32,705 nt of DNA from Candidatus Gastranaerophilales bacterium (GTDB taxonomy: Bacteria; Cyanobacteriota; Vampirovibrionia; Gastranaerophilales; Gastranaerophilaceae): the NCBI GenBank assembly GCA_947628355.1, contig CANQZO010000001.1, positions 1 through 32,705 on the forward strand, given 5' to 3'. Positions 17,359 through 24,323 of the stretch are shown in pieces; position 1 is the stretch's first letter; each line of letters starts with the position of its first letter. A program made the translations under genes and the position numbers. Below the pieces are notes generated by a model that made no database searches, had not been told where the DNA came from, and saw only the letters and a program-made list of their open reading frames with translations.

Positions 17359-18294
17359 ATGAAAAAGAAAATTTTAAATGTCTTAATTATAGTTGTTTCT
17401 TTAATTGTAATTATACTTTTAATTAATTACGGATTGTATTTATATTTAATTAATACAAATAAAATTGATAAATCGCAAGTTTCTGCTTTTATCAGAAAAA
17501 ATATAACACCTGAAAATATGTTAAACCTTAAATATAGAAATCCAAGCGGATTGAATTATAAAAATAAAAAATCAATAGTAGTTTTTGGCTGCGGGTATGC
17601 TGAAGGTGTTGACTTAAATGATAATCAAACATTTGAAAAAAAATTATCAGATTATTTAAAAGTTCCTGTTTATAATCAAGGAATGGGCGGCGGTTTTATT
17701 CAACATACTATTTTGGCAGTACAAAGCGGTCAGATGAATGATATTATAAAAAAGAGTAATATTGCAGTTTATATTTTGCCGACTCTAAACGATTCCATCA
17801 GATTAAAAGTATTCCCAGACAGAAACTATTTTAGTCCGACATTTTTATACTCAAAAAATTTATATCCTGTTTTTGAAGAAAAAAATGGACAACTGGTTTT
17901 AAGAAATTCTAAATTTCCGTCATTTACAGGAAATACTTTTAACAGACTTTTGACTAAATTATATTTTCAAAAAAAATATTTAAATAAGGGTAATTTACTA
18001 ACTAAATATACAGCTCAGCACTTTGTAAAATTAAATAATGAGTTAAAAGCAATTAACCCTAATATCAAACTTGTTGTAGCAATTTTTTGGGATTTAGAAC
18101 AAAATACCCGTGAATTTAATAAATTAATGCAAGATGAAAATATTTCGATTATACATATTGGTAATATAAGTAAATCAATTAATGTTGATTTAGCAACAGA
18201 TGAATATAGAACGGAACAAAATAAACATCCGAATGAAAAAACTTGGGATGTTTTAACACCTCTGATTGCTAAAGAACTAAAAGCAATAAAATAG
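17359..18294 (+). CDS. Membrane-anchored SGNH/GDSL-like protein S2 (degenerate catalytic motifs)
   Basis: 311 aa with an N-terminal signal-anchor (KKKILNVLIIVVSLIVIILLINYGLYLYLI). VVFGCGYAEG has Gly where the paralogues have Ser. GMGGGF is present. C-terminal NKHPNEKTW lacks the Asp found in the paralogues. AAGAGG SD. Confidence 0.6.
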   Translation: MKKKILNVLIIVVSLIVIILLINYGLYLYLINTNKIDKSQVSAFIRKNITPENMLNLKYRNPSGLNYKNKKSIVVFGCGYAEGVDLNDNQTFEKKLSDYLKVPVYNQGMGGGFIQHTILAVQSGQMNDIIKKSNIAVYILPTLNDSIRLKVFPDRNYFSPTFLYSKNLYPVFEEKNGQLVLRNSKFPSFTGNTFNRLLTKLYFQKKYLNKGNLLTKYTAQHFVKLNNELKAINPNIKLVVAIFWDLEQNTREFNKLMQDENISIIHIGNISKSINVDLATDEYRTEQNKHPNEKTWDVLTPLIAKELKAIK

Positions 18295-18308
18295 TTTTCC
18301 TAAATTTT

Positions 18309-18338
18309 ATCGGCACATTTCTAATGTGCCGATTTTTT
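18309..18338 (+). terminator. Rho-independent terminator closing the + operon (B1-S1, A8, B2, S2)
   Basis: A perfect 11-bp stem, ATCGGCACATT (18309-18319) with AATGTGCCGAT (18323-18333), has a 3-nt loop and is followed by TTTTT. It starts 15 nt after the S2 stop. The hairpin also lies just 3' of the convergent S3 gene, but a minus-strand transcript would have no U-tract. Confidence 0.75.
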
Positions 18339-19260
18339 ATATTTTTGTTAATTCATTTGCTATTGTGGGAATTAAACTATCCCAATATTTTTCATTAGGA
18401 TGAAAATCATTATCAATACACCATTTGCTGCGAGTATTTATATCCATAACTTCAATTTTGGTTAATTTAGGAATATCTATTACATTATAATTTTTTAATA
18501 TGTTATTTTCAAAGTCGAATTCGGATGAAAATTTTACTATTACAAATTTAGAGTTTGGAAATAAAGTTTTTATTTCTTTATCAATTGATAATAAATATAA
18601 ACTGAATAATTGTTCTATGTATTTATTATAACCAATGCTGGTTATATAATTATAAATTAAAAAACTGTAAAAATATGAATTTTCTAATATTAGAGGATTT
18701 TTTTGAAGTAATTTTTTATTTTTAATTTTATAAAATATTTCCATCTCATCTTTAAAAGTAGGTGTTACACGCATAATCATACGTCTTATATGGTCGGGAT
18801 TATAAAAATATAAAATAAATTCGGGTTCTTTTTTTATTGATTGCTTAAATTTACTATATTGGAGAAGGTAATATATTTGATTTAAACCACCTCCTGGATA
18901 TGCAAAATTATATACAGGTCTTTTTAATTTTTTTGATATTTTATATGCAAAAGTTTGATTTTCATTTAATCCTACTCCATACGCCATTGAACATCCAAAT
19001 ACAATTATTGCTTGGGGAGGGGTATTTCTATAGTTTTGACCGTAATATTTGAATGAAAATAAATTTTTGTTATTTAACGGAAAACGAATTGATAAATCTT
19101 TTTCAAAACTCTTTGCTTTATAAAAACTTAAAAATTTGAATGTACTAATTTCACAAGGAAAAATTGTTAATAATTTTTTATATGATACAAATTCAATAAT
19201 AAAAATTACCATAAAAATAAATGTAATATTAACTAAAACTATTGAAAATAAGCGTTTCAC
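18337..19260 (-). CDS. Membrane-anchored SGNH/GDSL-like protein S3
   Basis: 307 aa with an N-terminal anchor (FSIVLVNITFIFMVIFIIEFVSY). Motifs IVFGCSMAYGVG, YPGGGL and DNDFHPNEKYW. GTG start at 19260 with AAGGAG 6 nt upstream, embedded in the last codons of A9. Confidence 0.65.
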   Translation of the reverse strand: MKRLFSIVLVNITFIFMVIFIIEFVSYKKLLTIFPCEISTFKFLSFYKAKSFEKDLSIRFPLNNKNLFSFKYYGQNYRNTPPQAIIVFGCSMAYGVGLNENQTFAYKISKKLKRPVYNFAYPGGGLNQIYYLLQYSKFKQSIKKEPEFILYFYNPDHIRRMIMRVTPTFKDEMEIFYKIKNKKLLQKNPLILENSYFYSFLIYNYITSIGYNKYIEQLFSLYLLSIDKEIKTLFPNSKFVIVKFSSEFDFENNILKNYNVIDIPKLTKIEVMDINTRSKWCIDNDFHPNEKYWDSLIPTIANELTKI

Positions 19261-19261
19261 T

Positions 19262-20257
19262 TTATTCTCCTTGATGTAAGCCTATTCCTACATCTAAATC
19301 CTTCCCTTTTAAAGTTCTGTATTGATTTGCGACACCGTAGAATTGAATATCCAGACCGCGCTGTTTTACCGCAGCAACAATATAATCGTACAAATCATCA
19401 ATATAAGCGGGAATGTTATTTGAATTTCTTGCAAGCCAATCAGCTTCAAAATCAATTATTACTCGTTGAATACCCACCCTTTGAGTTTCATCAAGCCATT
19501 TATTAACGTCTTCTTTTGTGTCATTTACTTTTGGAATAATTATATATTTGGAACGCACCATTTTTTTATTACTGCCCTGAGCTTTTACGTATTTCTTTAA
19601 AGTGTCCATGACCTTATTATAAGCGTCAATTTGCTTTATTTGTTTAAATTTCTGCCTATCCCCGCAATCTACACTTGCAGTTACTGATAATGTATCTGTT
19701 TTAAGTCCATTTAAAACAGATTTAACAGGTTTTATGGCATTAGTATGAACCATTATATTTTTTTCGCCCTTTTTTATAAAGAAGTTTGTTATATCATCAA
19801 ATTCTCTTAAACTTGCAGGCTCGCCTCCGGAGTATGCCAGTTCTCCGGAGTAATCGATTAACCCCATTTTATCAAGTTCTTTTATTATAGGCATTATTTT
19901 ATAGCGTTTTTTTGGTTTTTCAAAATCTGATGCAAGACGGTAGCAGTATGTGCAATTGCAGTTGCATTCTGACCAGTGTGCTATTTGTATCCATTTGAAT
20001 TTTGTATTATCATCCCAGTCTTGTTCTGTCAATGCAAAGCAGCCTGTGCAATGGCTGTCAATTATTCCTTTTTTAAAGTTTTTTCTGATTTCATTAATAT
20101 TGGAAAGAAGTTCATTCCAATTTAATTTTTCACCCCAGTAGTCTTTTTTTATAAATAAAGGCTCGGGGGTATTATTTCCCATAAAACAACAAAGTTTTAT
20201 TGAATTGTATTCAAACCTTAATCCGTTTTGTATGTTTGAACAACTAATATATCTCAA
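19262..20257 (-). CDS. Radical SAM enzyme, class A paralogue A9
   Basis: 331 aa. Motifs CNCNCTYC, AYSGGEPASLREF, SVDCGDRQKFKQIKQIDAYNK and KYIIIPKVNDT. TTG start at 20257 (the (M)RYISC N-terminus matches A1, A6 and A8), with GGAG upstream. Confidence 0.85.
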   Translation of the reverse strand: MRYISCSNIQNGLRFEYNSIKLCCFMGNNTPEPLFIKKDYWGEKLNWNELLSNINEIRKNFKKGIIDSHCTGCFALTEQDWDDNTKFKWIQIAHWSECNCNCTYCYRLASDFEKPKKRYKIMPIIKELDKMGLIDYSGELAYSGGEPASLREFDDITNFFIKKGEKNIMVHTNAIKPVKSVLNGLKTDTLSVTASVDCGDRQKFKQIKQIDAYNKVMDTLKKYVKAQGSNKKMVRSKYIIIPKVNDTKEDVNKWLDETQRVGIQRVIIDFEADWLARNSNNIPAYIDDLYDYIVAAVKQRGLDIQFYGVANQYRTLKGKDLDVGIGLHQGE

Positions 20258-20283
20258 TGTTTTTTCTCCGTATTTACAATATA

Positions 20284-21255
20284 TTATTTTAAAAGTTTTA
20301 ATTTGTCAGTGATTAAATTTGTAATTTCAATCCAACATCTTTCATTAGGGTGCCCGTCATTAGGAATATGATATTGGTCCCACTTTCTTTCTATATCCTT
20401 AATATAATCTTCCACTTCAACAAACATGATATTTTCTTTTTCAAGTTCTTTCCATCTTGGTGAATGTGTAATTAAATCTGTATCGGGTTCATCATGGAAC
20501 GATATTACAATCATTTTTATATTCGGGTTTATTTGCTGCATTTCTTTTTGAATGGTTAAAAGATGCAGTTTTAGATTATCAAACATATAATCTTGAACAT
20601 ATTTATTATTTAATCGTGTAAGTATCTTTGCATACCAAGTTTTTTGAATATATTTATATAAATAAGAACCTTCAAGTACCGGCAGGTATGATTTATGCAA
20701 TATTAATTGTGTATTATTTTTTGTCTTTTTTACATCATACTTTGGCCAAACAAACTGTGTTGCAAATCCGTTAGAATTACTATGAATTCTCCATACATGT
20801 TCTCCGATTAATATATATATAACGTAATCACTTTTTTTGATAATGTCATCTATTTCATGTGAGCGAATACGCATTATCGGAAACTGCGGACTTTGACCGG
20901 AACTTGAAAAATTATATACGGGTCTTTTTAATCGTTTTGATAATTTATAACCAGGTTCTTGCGTAGATGATAATAATGCCCCATATCCATAAGAACATCC
21001 AAACATTATTATAGCATTTTTATTATATTCCAGTCCTGATGGTTTTCTTATTTCATAGTATTTTTTTGATATTTCATAATCCATTAATTTTCTTTTTAAA
21101 GTATATGGATTGTTTTTCAAACTTAACTGAACCGGAACTCTTTCCAGCTTGTTATAAAAATATTTATAAATAACCCAATTTAATAAAAATAATATACCTA
21201 TAGATATAATAATATTCACAAGAATTATTATAAAAATTTTTTTATATTTGTCCAT
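20284..21255 (-). CDS. Membrane-anchored SGNH/GDSL-like protein S4
   Basis: 323 aa with an N-terminal anchor (IFIIILVNIIISIGILFLLNWVIY). Motifs IMFGCSYGYG, SSSGQS and PNDGHPNERCW. Confidence 0.65.
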   Translation of the reverse strand: MDKYKKIFIIILVNIIISIGILFLLNWVIYKYFYNKLERVPVQLSLKNNPYTLKRKLMDYEISKKYYEIRKPSGLEYNKNAIIMFGCSYGYGALLSSTQEPGYKLSKRLKRPVYNFSSSGQSPQFPIMRIRSHEIDDIIKKSDYVIYILIGEHVWRIHSNSNGFATQFVWPKYDVKKTKNNTQLILHKSYLPVLEGSYLYKYIQKTWYAKILTRLNNKYVQDYMFDNLKLHLLTIQKEMQQINPNIKMIVISFHDEPDTDLITHSPRWKELEKENIMFVEVEDYIKDIERKWDQYHIPNDGHPNERCWIEITNLITDKLKLLK

Positions 21256-21272
21256 TAATTATTCTCTTTACT

Positions 21273-21301
21273 TTGATTTAATTACTTTATTATACTAAAA
21301 T
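21273..21301 (+). promoter_or_regulatory. Candidate sigma70-type promoter of B3, positioned for a leaderless mRNA
   Basis: TTGATT (21273-21278), exactly 17 nt, then TAAAAT (21296-21301). The ATG at 21308 follows after 6 nt and there is no SD. Sequence match only, in AT-rich DNA. Confidence 0.4.
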
Positions 21302-21307
21302 TAGTAT

Positions 21308-22327
21308 ATGAAAACAATATGTGCACATCCTTTTAAAAGTATTCAAGTGCAAAATACAGGAGAAATTTATTGCTGCTGCTGTTATTGGACTGATTTTTAT
21401 TCATTCGGCAATATTTTTGAACAGTCTTTTGACGAGATTTGGAACGGGGATAGGGCAAAAGAATTTCGCAGACAGTTTATTGAAAATAATTATAAATTCT
21501 GTAAATTAGATGTTTGTGATCCTGCATATTCTGACATCACACCTGAATTTGAAGCACCGTATCCTAAACGTATTGAATTCAGTTATGACAGGCATTGTAA
21601 TGTACGCTGTATATTCTGCAGAAAAGAGAAAAACAAAGAAGAAGAAAAATTTAACAGACAAAAAGAAAAAAGGATTGAAGATAACTTTGACAGGATTTTT
21701 ACTCCGATTATTGAAAAAGCAGAGATTGTCGAACTTAATTCTGCAGGAGAGCTGTTTGCAAGCAGGCATTCAATTGAAATATTAAAAAAAATTATTAATA
21801 TTAATCCTGATATTAAATTTGGAGTTATATCAAACGGAATATTATTTACTAAGGAAACAACGCAAAAACTGGGACTTGAAGACAGGTTAGATTATGCAAT
21901 AATTTCTATTCACTCTGCGACTGAAAATACATATAATAAACTTGTTGAAAGGGGCAATTTTAAAGCCGTTATTGAAAATGTTAAATATTTATCGGAATTG
22001 AAAAAGCAGGGAAAATTAAAAACATTACAGTTAAATTTTGTTGTTACTTCTTTAAACTATAAAGAAATGAAAGACTTTGTTAAATTTGCTATAGATATGG
22101 ATGGAACCGCATTTTTTATTAACTATCACAGGCAAATTGACTCTGATGAACTTGAAAATAACTTGGATGTGACTTTAGAACACCACCCTAAGCATAATGA
22201 ACTGGTTAAAATCCTTGCTGATCCGATTTTTAACAACGAGCATTGTTTTGTTAATGATTATCTTAAAAATTTAAAGCCCGTTAAACTTTCCTTGTTGCAG
22301 AAAATCAAAAATTTACTTAAAAAATGA
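21308..22327 (+). CDS. Radical SAM enzyme, class B paralogue B3 (N-terminal twitch/SPASM-like domain)
   Basis: 339 aa. Motifs CAHPFKSIQVQNTGEIYCCCC, FGNIFEQSFDEIWNGDRAKEFRRQF, CKLDVC, CNVRCIFC (nt 21596-21619), NSAGELF, ISNGILF and ISIHS. It is the closest paralogue of the rSAM half of the 13332 fusion. Confidence 0.9.
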   Translation: MKTICAHPFKSIQVQNTGEIYCCCCYWTDFYSFGNIFEQSFDEIWNGDRAKEFRRQFIENNYKFCKLDVCDPAYSDITPEFEAPYPKRIEFSYDRHCNVRCIFCRKEKNKEEEKFNRQKEKRIEDNFDRIFTPIIEKAEIVELNSAGELFASRHSIEILKKIININPDIKFGVISNGILFTKETTQKLGLEDRLDYAIISIHSATENTYNKLVERGNFKAVIENVKYLSELKKQGKLKTLQLNFVVTSLNYKEMKDFVKFAIDMDGTAFFINYHRQIDSDELENNLDVTLEHHPKHNELVKILADPIFNNEHCFVNDYLKNLKPVKLSLLQKIKNLLKK

Positions 22328-23305
22328 GCCCTTATCTAAAATTTCTTTTACGTATTCCCAGATATTCGCTTCAATGTTGTATTGCGCACATTTTTCTTTA
22401 TAAAACTTAAATAAATCGTAATAATAATCGGGAATTTTAAATTCTCCCTCAGAAACAAATTCGCTGTCGCATTGGTCTATCATTAATTCAGAGTTTGTAA
22501 TACCGATTTCGTGCATTAGTTCAATATATTTTGTTAGTTCTTCTGTGTTATCATTAACTCCGCGGACTAGTATATATTTTAATCTTAACAGAATCGGCAA
22601 TTTTACGTATTTTTTAAGATTTTCCACTACATCATCAAATTTATCAACGGTTTTAATTTTTTTAAATGTTTCGCGGCACCCCGAATCTATTGAAATATTT
22701 ACGTCCACAAAGGTTTTACCTGCAATCTGTGCAATTTTAGGCAGATATTTTATTCCGTTTGTTGCTATTTCAACCCTTTTCACTCCGTTTTTTATAAAAA
22801 TATCTACAAGCGGTTCAAACTCATCTAAAACAGATACATTTCCGCCCTGAAAATGAACATCAAGCTCTTTTTTATCAATGATATCCTGCCTGTATAATTC
22901 CTCTATTATCGGCAGTAAATCATAATAATCGCTTTTTTTCGATTTTAAAACAATTTTCCTTTGTGATAAATACTGTTCACAGCAATATATGCAAGCACAG
23001 TCGCATTGCTTAAAGTGTTTTACTATTATTAAATTTGCTTTAGGCAGTTTACTAAATCTGCTGATTAATAACGGTTTAGGATTTTCCTGCTCGTGCAAGT
23101 CAAAGCAGTCATTGCATTCGGCAGGGATTTTGCCTTCATCAAGCATTCTTATAAGTGAATTTCTTTTTTTAATAATATCTTTTACCCGCTTTGGTGAGGG
23201 TATATCAATAGATGGCCCTGTTCTTGTTGCACAGCAGTAAAAGACTTTAAGCGCATCAAAATTTAGAGTCTCGTTTAATCTTTTGCAATAGTACCTTTTT
23301 TTCAT
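22313..23305 (-). CDS. Radical SAM enzyme, class A paralogue A10 (QGG[DN] subclade)
   Basis: Motifs CDCACIYC, HFQGGNVSVLDEF, SIDSGCRETFKKIKTVDKFDD and LKYILVRGVNDN. The start is set at ATG 23305 (MKKRYYCKRLNETL) by alignment with the paralogues. The track start at 23386 would overlap A11. Confidence 0.85.
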   Translation of the reverse strand: MKKRYYCKRLNETLNFDALKVFYCCATRTGPSIDIPSPKRVKDIIKKRNSLIRMLDEGKIPAECNDCFDLHEQENPKPLLISRFSKLPKANLIIVKHFKQCDCACIYCCEQYLSQRKIVLKSKKSDYYDLLPIIEELYRQDIIDKKELDVHFQGGNVSVLDEFEPLVDIFIKNGVKRVEIATNGIKYLPKIAQIAGKTFVDVNISIDSGCRETFKKIKTVDKFDDVVENLKKYVKLPILLRLKYILVRGVNDNTEELTKYIELMHEIGITNSELMIDQCDSEFVSEGEFKIPDYYYDLFKFYKEKCAQYNIEANIWEYVKEILDKGSFFK

Positions 23306-23311
23306 AACTTC

Positions 23312-23321
23312 ATTATATAAT
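23312..23321. promoter_or_regulatory. Palindromic ATTATATAAT giving overlapping divergent -10 hexamers for A10 and A11
   Basis: TATAAT on the + strand (23316-23321) lies 6 nt before ATG 23328. TATAAT on the - strand (23312-23317) lies 6 nt before ATG 23305. The whole spacer is only 22 bp and has no SD on either side. Confidence 0.45.
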
Positions 23322-23327
23322 ACTTTT

Positions 23328-24323
23328 ATGAATATTTTAAATCTTTTTAAACCTAAAAAATCATATATGTGCCCGTTATTAAACAATCATTTGCACTTTA
23401 CCTCAAGAGATACATTAGAGCCTTGCTGCAGTGCGAATATAGGGCCTGCTTTAGTCAGTGAATTATCCAAAAAAAATTCCGTGAAAGAATTTATAAAAGC
23501 AAAAAAACACTATATTGAAATATTTAAATCGGGTAAAATCCCTGCTGAGTGCAAGAATTGTGTGCATATTACGGAATACAAAAAGCAAAGTGATTTTAGA
23601 ATTAATAAAATTACTCTTAACCATTATACACAGTGTAACTGCGCTTGTATATACTGCACGCAGGGCAACAGGAATTTTGAAAAAATTAAAGAGGATGAAA
23701 ATAAGCCTGTTTTATACGATGTTTTAAAATTTATTAATGAGCTTTATGATAATAATTTAATTGACCGTGAAAAGTTATATATTGATTTCCAAGGCGGAAA
23801 TATATCATGCTTGAAAAATCACCAAGAGATAATTGATACCTTTTTAAATCGCGGAGCAGGAACTATATATATTCCTACAAATAATATTATTTATATGCCT
23901 GTAATAGAAAAACTTTTAGCTGAAAAAAAAGGAGAACTTTGCACTGCACTTGATTCAGGCTGCAGTGAAACTTATTTAAAAATTAAGCAGGTGGATAAGT
24001 TTGATAAATCGGTAGAGAATTTAAAAAAATATATTGAAAAAGCAGGCGCTGATTCTATTATTATAAAATATATCATTGTGAACGGTTATAACGATAATAT
24101 GGATGAAATCGTTAAATTTATGAATTTAATGATTGAAATAGGTATTAAAATAATCGTTTTAGATATTGATTACAGAGATATAATTGATAAATCTTTCACC
24201 ATACCAAAGCATTATTACGAGATTGCCTCATACGTAAAAAAAACTTGTTTTGAACATAATATGGACTTTGGAATGCCGCCTTATACTAAAAGTGTAATGG
24301 AAAAAGGTTATTCAGAAAAATAA
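23328..24323 (+). CDS. Radical SAM enzyme, class A paralogue A11 (QGG[DN] subclade)
   Basis: 331 aa. Motifs CNCACIYC, DFQGGNISCL (GGN at nt 23793-23801), ALDSGCSETYLKIKQVDKFDK and KYIIVNGYNDN. An alternative start at ATG 23367 cannot be excluded. Confidence 0.85.
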   Translation: MNILNLFKPKKSYMCPLLNNHLHFTSRDTLEPCCSANIGPALVSELSKKNSVKEFIKAKKHYIEIFKSGKIPAECKNCVHITEYKKQSDFRINKITLNHYTQCNCACIYCTQGNRNFEKIKEDENKPVLYDVLKFINELYDNNLIDREKLYIDFQGGNISCLKNHQEIIDTFLNRGAGTIYIPTNNIIYMPVIEKLLAEKKGELCTALDSGCSETYLKIKQVDKFDKSVENLKKYIEKAGADSIIIKYIIVNGYNDNMDEIVKFMNLMIEIGIKIIVLDIDYRDIIDKSFTIPKHYYEIASYVKKTCFEHNMDFGMPPYTKSVMEKGYSEK

